DNA from: Acidobacteriota bacterium
GTDB lineage: Bacteria > Acidobacteriota > Thermoanaerobaculia > Multivoradales > UBA5704
Direction of reading: 5' to 3'
NCBI GenBank assembly: GCA_040005235.1
Contig: JBDTZG010000003.1
Span: forward strand, 64,001-128,000
Length of the DNA stretch: 64,000 bases
Part shown: positions 19,914 to 29,350 of the stretch, one piece after another
How positions within the stretch are numbered: position 1 is the first letter of the stretch
How the letters are laid out: each line of letters opens with the position of its first letter
Notes under the pieces: model-generated
Databases searched by the model: none
What the model was told of the DNA's origin: nothing
Seen by the model: only the letters and a program-made list of their open reading frames with translations
Program-made: the position numbers and the translations under genes

Positions 19914-21023
19914 CTATGGGCTCGGCGCAAACCGTAGCCAGTCCCCCCGAAGCGGCATCGTCCAACGCGGACCCGAAGGGCCACAAACGGCGTTCGTTGG
20001 GCCGGCCGTCGGGGCGTCACAGTCCAGCTCCTTGCAGATCGTCGCAAGGTATCGCTCGACCTTGGCGTCGGTGAGAAACGAGACGAAGCGAACCGGTTCG
20101 CTTTGAGGACGGAAGAAGTCGTCGTAGTGCGCCACCAGAACGTGCCGTGGCCGCAGCGCCTTGAGGATGGCTTTCGGCTGGCCGGGGGCCTTGTCGTAGG
20201 AGGCGATGCACAAGACGGCGAGGTCGTACGGGTGCCCATCCGGAAACGCTGGAGGCTCGCCGATTCCTTGGCGGTTCGCCGAGTCTTGGTAATAGATGCG
20301 GTAGCGCACGGTCGAAAGATCGTCGGCCATCAAATCGATCACCAGCGCGAAGGTCTGCCCGACCCGCAGATCGCGGAAGTGCCTGGCCTCCCAGGGCGTT
20401 CGCCAATCGTCCTTAACGCTCCCGCTCGCCCAAAGATAGTGATCGATCTGGGGCGCATGGCTGGAGACGACGGGGAAGAACCGAATCGGCCGCCTCTCGA
20501 CGCCGCGCATCAGCCAGACCCATTGGCCCGATTTCTCTTCGAGCAGCGTCGTCCGCCCGGCGGCGTAGGGAGCGAGAGCATGGGCGCCGGATCGGTTGAC
20601 AAAGACGTGGGCCGCCGTTGCTTTTTCCAGGACGACCGGAAAGTCCCCGATGTGGTCGTAGTGGGCGTGCCCTGCGAAGAGGCCCTCGACTTTCGAGACG
20701 TCGATCCCGGCGAGGCCACGTTCGATCGCAGCGCGATCCGCCCGCCATCGGGCGAATTGAGCCCGCGGTGCACTGGGATTGGAAAAGTACGGTCCCAGAA
20801 GAATCGAGTCGTCGCCCCAACGAACGTAGAGCCCGGCGGCGCCCAGGTACTTCATGTCCACCGAAAGGACCGGCGACTCCGGCGGCTTTTCGGCCGGACG
20901 GCAGGGAGGCTGCTCAAAATCGAACGACGCGCCGGGGTGGTTCGGCGCCGTGCGCACGAACCGTCCGTGGCAGCCGAGCCCGAACGCGAGGGCCAGGGCG
21001 AGAGTGAGGGCTCCGTGTTTCAT
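19914..21023 (-). CDS. MBL-fold metallo-hydrolase lipoprotein
   Basis: Lipobox-like FGLGC; GHAHYDHIGD (HxHxDH), SSHAP and AHYDDFF. Confidence 0.85.
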   Translation of the reverse strand: MKHGALTLALALAFGLGCHGRFVRTAPNHPGASFDFEQPPCRPAEKPPESPVLSVDMKYLGAAGLYVRWGDDSILLGPYFSNPSAPRAQFARWRADRAAIERGLAGIDVSKVEGLFAGHAHYDHIGDFPVVLEKATAAHVFVNRSGAHALAPYAAGRTTLLEEKSGQWVWLMRGVERRPIRFFPVVSSHAPQIDHYLWASGSVKDDWRTPWEARHFRDLRVGQTFALVIDLMADDLSTVRYRIYYQDSANRQGIGEPPAFPDGHPYDLAVLCIASYDKAPGQPKAILKALRPRHVLVAHYDDFFRPQSEPVRFVSFLTDAKVERYLATICKELDCDAPTAGPTNAVCGPSGPRWTMPLRGDWLRFAPSP

Positions 21024-21196
21024 TTCCCCTCAAGTGTATCCGGCCAGCACCCACGCAGCGGCGTACCTCTTGCATTTGGCGGCGGAGGAGAAGGCACCCA
21101 GGCGGGCATCGGAGTAGAATCATCGGAAGGAATTTGACCCATGGCATGGCGGAGGACTCCACCGGGCTGGCCGCGAGTTTTCGCGCCGAAGTTTAC

Positions 21197-22825
21197 TTAC
21201 TCTCGCTCCGGACCAGTGGGGATCCCGAGCGAGCGCATCATGCGATGGAACGTCGTCTTGGTGAGCTTCAGGCTCTCTCGAGCCCGCCGAACAGAGCCGC
21301 CGTGTTGGTGAAGCCGCGAGAGAATCAACTCGCGCTCGTACTCCCGGAGGGCCTCGTCGTAAGAAAAGCCGTCGCCCAGTACGGCGCCGGCTTTCGGGTT
21401 CGGCGCGCTTGCGGCAATCCCCGGAACGCCGCGTAGGATCAGATCGTAATCGAGCCACACGCCGAGTCGGGCATGCATCACGAAGGCGGTGCAGGCACGC
21501 GCCAGCTCGCGCACGTTGCCCGGCCAATCGTAGGCGACCAGAGCGCGGAACGCCTCCTGCGTGAATCCGAGAGTCGGTTTGCCGTACTTTCGCTCTTCGC
21601 GCAGGCGGAAGTGGTCGAGAAGCTGCGGGATGTCCCACGGTCGGTTGCGCAGCGCCTGAAGATGGATCGCCAGGGTGCGGAAGCGATCATGAAAATCGGC
21701 GCGCAAGGCGCCCTGCCGAACCGCTTCCTCGAGATCGCGGTTGGTTGCAAGGACGACCGCGACATCGACCGAGATTTCCCGGGTAATTCCCACGGGTGTC
21801 ACGGTGTGGCTCTCCAGCACTCGCAGAAGCTGGGCCTGAACCCGCAATGACAGTTCCGCCACCTCGTCAAGGAACAGCACGCCGCCTTCGGCCGCGCGAA
21901 AGCAGCCGAGCTCGTCGGTGAGCGCGCCCGTGAACGAGCCCTTCTTGTGACCGAACAGGCGCGAGGCTGCAAGGTCCTCGCCGATCTCTGCGCAGTTGAC
22001 GACCACCATCGGACGCCGACGCCGGGAACTGTAGGCATGCAAGTAGCGGGCGATCAGATCCTTGCCCGTTCCGCGCTCGCCGAGAATCAAAATCGGCTCG
22101 GGATGGACTGCGTTAAGCGAGGGGATGAAGACTTCGTGGAGGCCGAAGCGAAGGGCCCGAGTATGGGTCGATTCGCCCAGAATCTCCGGCGCGTTCTCGA
22201 TCTCCTCGTGCTGCGCGATTCGCTGTTTGAGCTCGCGCGCCTGGCGTTGGGCACGAAAGTGGTAGCCGAGCAGCCGTCCCGCAGCCGACCCGTAGCTTCC
22301 AAGGCAGGCAAGGTCCGGCTCGCCGTAAGCGGCCGCGAGACCCTGGTTTTGGAGGTAGATCACCGCGAGCACCGCGCCGTCTGAAGGATCGTGCACGGGA
22401 GCGCAGAGCACGCTCCAACGCGTGTTGTCGAGCGAGCTTGTGCGCCAGCCATCCCCCAGCTGGAGAGAGTCATGAATCCGCTCGGGCCGACCGGTTTCGA
22501 CCACGCGCCGAATCACCGAAGGAGAGACACCGCGAACAGATCGTCCCTCCTCGCAAGCCACGAGCTGTTCTCGCGTCAGGCCGCCTAGCGAATGGATACA
22601 ACGTAGCGTCAAGGGCGCCGTTCGTTCGACCAAGAGGAGCACGGCGTTCTGGGCGCCGAGACCCGCGGCGACGGCCTCGAAAGAAGTGCGTAGAGCCTCC
22701 CGTTGGTCGCCTCGATCGCTGGCGAGGAAGGCGAGCAGCTCGTTCACCGCATCCACAAGCCGCGATGGGTCGCGTGTGGTCTTCGGGGTGCCAAGGACCG
22801 GAGGACATTCCTGGAGTGCGTTCAT
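21197..22825 (-). CDS. GAF-domain sigma54-dependent transcriptional activator (bEBP)
   Basis: N-terminal GAF (SVLCAPV...AVIYLQN), GERGTGKD, GSFTGA (GAFTGA variant), LFLDEV, ATNRDL, WPGNVREL, and C-terminal Fis-type HTH. Confidence 0.93.
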   Translation of the reverse strand: MNALQECPPVLGTPKTTRDPSRLVDAVNELLAFLASDRGDQREALRTSFEAVAAGLGAQNAVLLLVERTAPLTLRCIHSLGGLTREQLVACEEGRSVRGVSPSVIRRVVETGRPERIHDSLQLGDGWRTSSLDNTRWSVLCAPVHDPSDGAVLAVIYLQNQGLAAAYGEPDLACLGSYGSAAGRLLGYHFRAQRQARELKQRIAQHEEIENAPEILGESTHTRALRFGLHEVFIPSLNAVHPEPILILGERGTGKDLIARYLHAYSSRRRRPMVVVNCAEIGEDLAASRLFGHKKGSFTGALTDELGCFRAAEGGVLFLDEVAELSLRVQAQLLRVLESHTVTPVGITREISVDVAVVLATNRDLEEAVRQGALRADFHDRFRTLAIHLQALRNRPWDIPQLLDHFRLREERKYGKPTLGFTQEAFRALVAYDWPGNVRELARACTAFVMHARLGVWLDYDLILRGVPGIAASAPNPKAGAVLGDGFSYDEALREYERELILSRLHQHGGSVRRARESLKLTKTTFHRMMRSLGIPTGPERE

Positions 22826-22989
22826 ATTGGGCTCGGTACCTCGCTCTAATCAGGACACCGTGGAGTAAATTTTGTTTAGAAAACACCACAACGTTTCAAA
22901 AATTCCCCGGTCCACGGCATCGCAATTTCGAGGCCAGAGCGGCTCCCTCCCTGTCGAAACCAGGATCTTGGAGAACCGAAGGATCTTCC

Positions 22990-23005
22990 GTTCCAACGTT
23001 GGAAC
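22990..23005. promoter_or_regulatory. Perfect 16-bp palindrome, candidate bEBP upstream activator sequence
   Basis: GTTCCAACGTTGGAAC is its own reverse complement and lies about 95 bp upstream of the -24 element at 23101. Confidence 0.55.
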
Positions 23006-23100
23006 ACTTCGCCTTTCATTCGGTCCACCCGCGGGACGACCCGCGAAGGCATCGCGAGACGACGCCTTTACGAATCAGCGAGATGCACCTCTCTCTCTGG

Positions 23101-23115
23101 TGGAATGGCGCTTGC
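23101..23115 (+). promoter_or_regulatory. Sigma54 -24/-12 promoter (copy 1)
   Basis: TGGAATGGCGCTTGC matches TGG-N8-TTGC (GG-N10-GC) and is conserved at the equivalent place in the paralogous locus. Confidence 0.65.
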
Positions 23116-23169
23116 CTAGACTGCGGGTTGCCTGGCCTTCCAGGCACGGACCCGAAGGGGGACATCATC

Positions 23170-23331
23170 ATGATCAGGATTCGACTCGGCAGCCCCGCGG
23201 CCCTCGCGCTTGCTCTCACCGCCGCACCCTTGATCGCTACCCTCGCTCCTGGGGCGGCCCAAAAACTCGGCTTGACCGAGGATGACTTGATCACCGGGAC
23301 TTCGATTCCCGGAGAGAGGAAAGCCGCATGA
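23170..23331 (+). CDS. 53-aa exported-looking peptide, paralog 1
   Basis: MIRIRLGSPAALALALTAAPLIATLAPGAAQKLGLTEDDLITGTSIPGERKAA*, with AAGGGGGA RBS. Differences from the 26896 copy in the 5' part are largely synonymous. Confidence 0.65.
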   Translation: MIRIRLGSPAALALALTAAPLIATLAPGAAQKLGLTEDDLITGTSIPGERKAA

Positions 23332-23333
23332 GA

Positions 23334-23517
23334 AATGAGAGGATCGCGCAGCTCCGCGCGACTCCCGAATCGACGCTCCTCGAACCGCGAGGCGTCGGCT
23401 GTCTCCACCTTCTTTCGATCGCTTGGATTGCTATTCCACGCCGCCGAGCACACCCAGCGGCATCTCGGTCAGATCCTCACGACCCGGAGGATCGTTCCAG
23501 GAGGCGAGGCGCGGTAG
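23334..23517 (+). pseudogene. Frameshifted 3' remnant of a DinB-family gene
   Basis: AQLRATPESTLLEPRGVG in one frame, then LGLLFHAAEHTQRHLGQI (DinB HxxxHxxxHxGQ) in the next frame. No N-terminal half. Confidence 0.7.
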
Positions 23518-23654
23518 CCGCCAGCCGGCTCACCGCGATCCGAAGAAGGCCCACGAGGCACTCGCGAGGGGGGCGCCTCGTGCAGAGAGATGAGGATCTG
23601 CTCTCGGTTCGCATGCTCAAGCGCGGTGCGGCCTGACTCGGACGCCGCCCGCCC

Positions 23655-26618
23655 CTACGGCTTATAGCTCCGCACCACCTGCATCCGGTGCCCGGCCGCA
23701 TCGCGAACGGCGATAGTGAACACCGGCCGCTCCGAAGTCGTCACCTTGCGCGGCAAGGTGAGGCGGAGGATTCCCCCTTCCGGGTTGATCGACTTCCCCA
23801 TCGCGAGGTTTCCGCCGACGGGAACGTTGCCAAGCCGCAGGTTGCAGGTCACCGTCAAGCTCCCCGGAATGACGCCGCTTTCGACATCGAAGGCCGCGAT
23901 CTCCAGAATACGGAACGAGCGAGCGACGCGGGCGCGGAGGACCGAAGGACGCACCACCAGCGTCGGCCGTTGGTCGTCCTCCAAGAAACCCCACGGTTGG
24001 CCGAAATCGATCGGGGCTCCGAGGTCGATCCAGCGAGCGAGGGTCATCTTCTCGTCGACCATCATGCCGGGGACTCCGACTCCCGCGGGGTGGGCTGTCG
24101 TGGCGGCAAAATCGAGGTCGTCGGTGCGGTCGGCGTTGGTTCGGCCGTCGAGGCGCTGGCCCCAGACTTTCCAAAGCAGCAGGCTCTGGCGCGATTGGAA
24201 GGCCCGGACGTAGCGGGTGAGCTGGGGCACGAACCAGAGGCCGTACTGTGACGGCGGCGGCTCGGACAGCTCGCTGGTCATGTCTTCAATCAGTTGCCAA
24301 TAGGTGCGCGGCCAGGTGCCGTCGCGTTCGATGGTGCCGGCCGCCGCCGTGAGCGGCAAGCCGGCCGCCGGGCTCGCCGCGCCGTGGCACAAGGCGCAGC
24401 GGCGCTCGAGGATCGGCAGCACGTCGCGCCGGTATTCGACGGTCGTGGCGTGGCCGGGAATCAGACGGATCGCGGTGGCTCCCCCGGCGTCCAGGGTCAG
24501 CAGCGGCGTGGTGCGCGCGAGGTCGGGCATCGGGAAATCCGGGCGTGCCGCCGCGGTGGTTTCGAAATCGAGCGGTTCGAGGCTGTGGGCGTGGCAGCCG
24601 CCGCAGTCGTAGCGCGCTTCGCCTGGGCGGAGCTGGTGCCAGGTTTGGGCCATGTTGAGCACCATTCCGCGCCGGTCGAGGGTCTGGAAGGTGAGCGCGA
24701 TATCGGCCGGTACCTTGGCGAGGAAACTCGTGTCCGCGTGGAGTGTGCCGTCCGGATGGCGGACCGGAGGGGCATTCGGTTTCTTCACCAGGATCTCGCC
24801 CAGGATGCGCATCCGCTCGCCGCCGATCACCGAGTATTTCGGTCCGTTCGCCGGATAGCTGCGGTCGGTCTGTGCCTGCTGCATCAGGACCCGGACGGCG
24901 ACCACGTCGTCGTCCGAGTAGATCCCCGCGTCCGTCCCCTGGCGGGTCCAGCGGAGTGGATTCTGCGTCGGCTCGTCGAACGGATCGCGATCGGTTTGAA
25001 ACGGGCCGAGTGCGCCTTCGCTCTCGCGCCAGAGGAGCGACGAGCTGCCGATCAAGCCGAACGGCTCTCCCGGGGTCAACCTCTCGGCGCGGATCGCGGC
25101 GTCCGAGAGTTCAGGCCGCGCGGGCGGCGCGTCGATTCCGTACAGCTGGCGCCACGAAACGACCGGCCGCGGCCATGCCAGGTTGTATCCCGGCTCATAC
25201 AGAATGGTGATCAACCCCGGCGGTTGCCCCGCCATGTCGGCCGCCGGAGTCGCGACCGGCTCGCCGTCGGGAAACAACACGATCCGGCCGTGCGGCCAGG
25301 GGAACGCGCTGCCCGAGTTGACGTAGGCGCCGTTGTGGTTGACCGGCCCGGGCGCGTAGACCGCGAGCAGGTCGGCTTTCGCCGGATCGCCTTCGACGCT
25401 CGGCGTCGCCGCGGGATGGGTGAGCTTGCCGCGCCGGTCTATGCCCGCGCAGTTCTCCGGCCCGGCCGAGGCGTAAGGGTTGTCCTCCCGCCCGGGGCAG
25501 GGGGCGGGATAGTCGTCCGGCGTGGTCCAGGGCGCGAGCAGGCGCTGGCCGATCCGCTCGAACGGGATCGCGCCCGAGGACGGTTCGGGATCAGACGTTG
25601 CGAAATCGGGTCCCGCCGGGTCGATCGGATAGCGGATCAGGTCGCCGAAGCCGTTGTCGTTCAGGTTGTAGTAGCGGCAAACCACCAGATCACCGCCCGG
25701 CATCTGGGTCATGAAGTGATGCGCGAGCGCGTTCTCGCTGAAACCGGACAGGCTGTTCCAGGTCCGGCCGTCGGGAGCGATCACCCAGAGCGCGAACTGC
25801 CGCGTGTCGCGCAGGCCCTGCTCTTCCCAACTGGTGAAGGCGATCCGGCCGTCCAGCAGCGCCATCGGGTGGAGCGCCATCGCGACGTTCAGCGGTCCGA
25901 TCGGCTCGACGTTTGCGCCGTCGGAGTCCATTGCGAACAGTTGCAGAGCGCGCTGGACCGACGACATCGCCTTCGGCGGCAGAAAGTCATCGCGCGTGGA
26001 GGTGAAGACGATCCGGTTGCCGGCTACCCAAGTTCCTCCCGTGTTGAACACGCCGATCCGCGGATGGTTGCTTCCCGGATCGTTAGGCCCGAACCGCGCG
26101 CCGTTGCCCGTGTTCGGCGTCAACTGCTGGCGGGTCAATCGCACGAGCGCCCGGCTCGCCAGATCGAGCTTGTAAAGATCCGCGCCGCGGCGCGACAGGC
26201 CGCCGCGCTGATCGTTCCGCTCGGTCAGATCGTGGTACCAGGTGAACAGCACCGACCGGCCGTCGAAAGACACGTTCGGATCGGCGACCGAGCCGACCGA
26301 CAACGGTTTGCCCGCAGGCGTGTCGATCTGCCCTCGATAGCGCTCCAGCGGAAAAAGCACCTCGCGCGCGCCGGAGGTCTTCATCAGCACGAGCTGCGCG
26401 CCGGGATCGGGAATCAACGGCCGCACCACATCCGGCCAGACGCTGTTCGCCGCCTCCGGCCCGGGACCGAAGTAGGGCGCGCGAACGTAGATCAGCTCGT
26501 ACGGCAGAGGGCGGATGATCTCCTGGGCGGCGGCGGCGAACGGCACCGCCGCTCCCGCGAAGGTGAGGGCGAGGGCGAGGGCTGAGACCCAACGGAAAAC
26601 CCATGTTCGCTGGCGCAT
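23655..26618 (-). CDS. Exported beta-propeller/c-type cytochrome protein resembling the hydrazine-synthase alpha-subunit (HZS_alpha) middle-domain family
   Basis: Signal peptide; TolB-like DPNVSFDGRSVLF; DTSFLAKVPAD...FQTLDRRGMVLN...WHQLRPGEARYDCGGCH; second heme motif CALCH; WIDLGAP. Confidence 0.75.
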   Translation of the reverse strand: MRQRTWVFRWVSALALALTFAGAAVPFAAAAQEIIRPLPYELIYVRAPYFGPGPEAANSVWPDVVRPLIPDPGAQLVLMKTSGAREVLFPLERYRGQIDTPAGKPLSVGSVADPNVSFDGRSVLFTWYHDLTERNDQRGGLSRRGADLYKLDLASRALVRLTRQQLTPNTGNGARFGPNDPGSNHPRIGVFNTGGTWVAGNRIVFTSTRDDFLPPKAMSSVQRALQLFAMDSDGANVEPIGPLNVAMALHPMALLDGRIAFTSWEEQGLRDTRQFALWVIAPDGRTWNSLSGFSENALAHHFMTQMPGGDLVVCRYYNLNDNGFGDLIRYPIDPAGPDFATSDPEPSSGAIPFERIGQRLLAPWTTPDDYPAPCPGREDNPYASAGPENCAGIDRRGKLTHPAATPSVEGDPAKADLLAVYAPGPVNHNGAYVNSGSAFPWPHGRIVLFPDGEPVATPAADMAGQPPGLITILYEPGYNLAWPRPVVSWRQLYGIDAPPARPELSDAAIRAERLTPGEPFGLIGSSSLLWRESEGALGPFQTDRDPFDEPTQNPLRWTRQGTDAGIYSDDDVVAVRVLMQQAQTDRSYPANGPKYSVIGGERMRILGEILVKKPNAPPVRHPDGTLHADTSFLAKVPADIALTFQTLDRRGMVLNMAQTWHQLRPGEARYDCGGCHAHSLEPLDFETTAAARPDFPMPDLARTTPLLTLDAGGATAIRLIPGHATTVEYRRDVLPILERRCALCHGAASPAAGLPLTAAAGTIERDGTWPRTYWQLIEDMTSELSEPPPSQYGLWFVPQLTRYVRAFQSRQSLLLWKVWGQRLDGRTNADRTDDLDFAATTAHPAGVGVPGMMVDEKMTLARWIDLGAPIDFGQPWGFLEDDQRPTLVVRPSVLRARVARSFRILEIAAFDVESGVIPGSLTVTCNLRLGNVPVGGNLAMGKSINPEGGILRLTLPRKVTTSERPVFTIAVRDAAGHRMQVVRSYKP

Positions 26619-26826
26619 TTCTTGGAAGAGGATACGTTGGGAACTCCGCGTTCGTCGAGGGCGATGATCGACCAGCCCGAAGGATCTCCTCGCCGGCCGC
26701 ATCGCATCCGGCGCGGAGGAAGGAGCACCCCGCTCGCAGGGGGGAGGATTTGCCGGTCCCCGGGACCACGGCGGAACTACATTCCATTCGTAGAGCACCT
26801 TCGCCAAGATCCGCCCCTTTCCTGGC

Positions 26827-26842
26827 TGGAACGACGCTTGCA
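26827..26842 (+). promoter_or_regulatory. Sigma54 -24/-12 promoter (copy 2)
   Basis: TGGAACGACGCTTGCA is one mismatch from the consensus TGGCAC-N5-TTGCW. Confidence 0.72.
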
Positions 26843-26895
26843 AAAGGCTGTTTTGCCTGGTGACCAGGCACGGACCCCAGCAAAGGACTTCTCCA

Positions 26896-27063
26896 ATGAT
26901 CAGAATCCGACTCGGAAGCCCCGCAGCCCTTGAGCTTGCCCTCTCCGCCGCCCTATTGCTCGCCACCCTGCCGGCCCGCGGGGACGACGACGCGATCCAC
27001 GGCGCGAACGAGAACGACTTGATTGCCGGAAACTCGATCCTCAACGAAGCTCGGGCGGCTTAG
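26896..27063 (+). CDS. 55-aa exported-looking peptide, paralog 2
   Basis: MIRIRLGSPAALELALSAALLLATLPARGDDDAIHGANENDLIAGNSILNEARAA*, with AAAGGA RBS. Confidence 0.65.
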   Translation: MIRIRLGSPAALELALSAALLLATLPARGDDDAIHGANENDLIAGNSILNEARAA

Positions 27064-27181
27064 CCGCTTCGCCTGAAACGAGAAGGTCCACCCGGAACGC
27101 TCTGGGGACCGGCTCGGCATACACTTAAGGTATGCAGACCGGCAGGCAGGACGGTTCAGATCGCCGCCAGATTTCGCTGGA

Positions 27182-29350
27182 GTGCTCGCGGTGAGAACCC
27201 AATGGGGATCTGCCGATCCACGGGCTCCGCGCCGCTTCTTCGGTCTGGCTCATTTCGCCCGTTCGCTCGTCGAAGCGCTGTGGAAATGCGCGCCCTTCTT
27301 TGGCCTGTACGCCCTCTCTTTCGTTCTGCTCAAAGAAGTCGGCCAGGGTCGAGAGACTCTCGCCGCATTACTGGATTTGGGCCCGGCCAACATCTCCTGG
27401 TTCCTCTTCGCCCTGCTGTTGGGGGTTTCGAGCCTCTTTACCGCGTCGTTCCTCTTTCTTCTGCTCGACCGATGGAACTATGCAGCCGCGGACGGTTCGC
27501 GGGCTTTTTGCCGCATCTGGGTCCCTTCTGTCCTCACCCTCTCCGCCTCCTTGGTCATACCCATAGCGGCGGAGCGGAGTGCGGCGCACTCCAAATTCTT
27601 CGATGTATTGTTGGGGTTCCCCATCTGCCTCCTGATTCCCGCCCTCGTAGGCCTGGCCTGGTCGCGAACCCGCCCCGTCTTCGCGCCCGCGCGGACGATT
27701 TTCATCCTCGTCGGAGGCGTCAGTCTGCTCGCCTCTTTCTTCATCGGCCTGCTGGCGTTTTATGGCTTCTGCTTCGTGTTCCTCACCGCATTCTGTTTTC
27801 TGATCCGGGACGACTTCCGCGACGGCAATCCGAACTTCCGGCCCTGGGCCGACCTGCATCCGAACGGGCTCTTTCATGCGACGCTGCTTTGCCTCGCCGT
27901 GCTGTGGCTGTCGAACACCTCGGTCGCCAACCGGATGCTCGTCGGCACGCCGATGATCGTCCTTTGCGGTTTCTCGTTCTTCGCGGGACTGGCTTACCTT
28001 TTGACCGGGCTCCTGAGCCGAATTTCACCCGGGGCCGTGTGGACCGGCTGGGGCCTTCTGTGCCTTCTCTTGGTTCTCACGCCGGTCAACCATGAACCCC
28101 TTCGACTCCTGCCTCGCGCGCCGAATCCAACGCGACGCCTAGCCCCGTCGGCCCACTTCGTCGAGTGGCTCCGCTCCCGCCCCGAGGTGCAGGAAGGGAA
28201 CCGGCCCTACCCGGTGTTCTTCGTCGCGGCCGAAGGCGGGGGCATTCGCGCCGCCTACTGGACCTCCACGCTGCTCGCGAGCCTGGAGGAGCGCTATCCC
28301 GGTTTCACTTCGCACGTGTACGCGATCAGCGGCGTTTCCGGCGGCAGCGTCGGTGGCGCGATCTACGACGCCATGTTTCGCGATGCCTCCGGCGCAAAGC
28401 GATGCGCTCCTCTGGTCCAGGGCGGCCTGAAGGGTCTTCGCCCCTGCACGGCATACCTTTTCCAGTGGGATCTTCTGGGGTCGCCGCTCTCCGCCTTGCT
28501 GCTCCACGATCTGCCGTTCGGCTGGCTCGGCGTACGACGGGCCCACGATCTCGAACAGAGCCTGGAGATCGCCTGGTTCGCCGACCTGGAGAACCGCCGC
28601 TTTGAAGAACCGTTCCTGGATTTGTGGCGCGATCGGACCTATCAGGTCCCCTCCCTGATCCTGAACGCCACCTCCGCGGACAACGGCCACCGCCTCGTCC
28701 TCTCAAACCTCGCCGCCCGCGGCGAGCTCACGGCCGAAACCGGCGTGGAGGAGCTCCTGGACCGGCCGGTCCGGCTGAGCACCGCTGCTTTCTTGAGCGC
28801 GCGCTTCCCCTTGCTCAGCCCCGTCGCGACGTTTGAAACGCCCGCCGGCAAGGCCTATCGGCTGGTCGATGGCGGCTATTTCAATAACTCCGGCCTGGCG
28901 TCGCTCGCGCGCCTCTTGCGCGCGGTGATCCCCGCGGTGGCCGGCAGCGAGCTGGCGGGCCGGATCGAGCCGCACGTTCTGGTGATCTCCAGCCGGCCGG
29001 CCGGACCGCCGGCCGCGCCGGGTCGCCTCGCCGGATCGTTTGCCGGAGCGTTGGTCGGACCGGTGGCGGTGCTTCAGAGCACCGGCGAGGCTCATGACGA
29101 AACCTACCTCGGCGAGATCGAACGAATCGTCGGCGCCGGCGGCGTAGCGACGGATCTCCGTCCGATCGAGGGTTCGTCCGAGGCACCCTTGGGCTGGTTC
29201 TTCTCGGCGGCGACGCGCTGCCAACTGGACCGGAACGTCAACGAGGTCACGAACCAGTCGAAAGGGTCGAAGGCGATCGCTCGCGCCTTGGAACTTCCAG
29301 CGCGGCCGCCGGCCGCTTGGACCTCCTGCCCGCCCGCTCCGGAACCCTGA
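27182..29350 (+). CDS. Multi-TM membrane protein with C-terminal patatin-like acyl hydrolase domain
   Basis: About 9 N-terminal TM segments; AAEGGGIRAAYW, ISGVSGGSVG, SARFPLLSP and LVDGGYFNNSG. Start position uncertain. Confidence 0.82.
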   Translation: MLAVRTQWGSADPRAPRRFFGLAHFARSLVEALWKCAPFFGLYALSFVLLKEVGQGRETLAALLDLGPANISWFLFALLLGVSSLFTASFLFLLLDRWNYAAADGSRAFCRIWVPSVLTLSASLVIPIAAERSAAHSKFFDVLLGFPICLLIPALVGLAWSRTRPVFAPARTIFILVGGVSLLASFFIGLLAFYGFCFVFLTAFCFLIRDDFRDGNPNFRPWADLHPNGLFHATLLCLAVLWLSNTSVANRMLVGTPMIVLCGFSFFAGLAYLLTGLLSRISPGAVWTGWGLLCLLLVLTPVNHEPLRLLPRAPNPTRRLAPSAHFVEWLRSRPEVQEGNRPYPVFFVAAEGGGIRAAYWTSTLLASLEERYPGFTSHVYAISGVSGGSVGGAIYDAMFRDASGAKRCAPLVQGGLKGLRPCTAYLFQWDLLGSPLSALLLHDLPFGWLGVRRAHDLEQSLEIAWFADLENRRFEEPFLDLWRDRTYQVPSLILNATSADNGHRLVLSNLAARGELTAETGVEELLDRPVRLSTAAFLSARFPLLSPVATFETPAGKAYRLVDGGYFNNSGLASLARLLRAVIPAVAGSELAGRIEPHVLVISSRPAGPPAAPGRLAGSFAGALVGPVAVLQSTGEAHDETYLGEIERIVGAGGVATDLRPIEGSSEAPLGWFFSAATRCQLDRNVNEVTNQSKGSKAIARALELPARPPAAWTSCPPAPEP

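Noticed and set aside
21020-21142. 40-codon minus-strand ORF (MGQIPSDD...LEGK) overlapping the MBL start by ATGA
   Set aside because: Pro-rich and featureless with weak RBS spacing; it cannot be distinguished from chance.
23655-26618. Anammox (true hydrazine synthase) capability
   Set aside because: Only an alpha-like domain is present, with no hzsB/C or hydrazine dehydrogenase. Such homologues occur in non-anammox bacteria.
26619-27044. N-terminal extension of the 1129-aa ORF
   Set aside because: It is antisense to the small peptide gene and its sigma54 promoter; the signal peptide begins at 26618.
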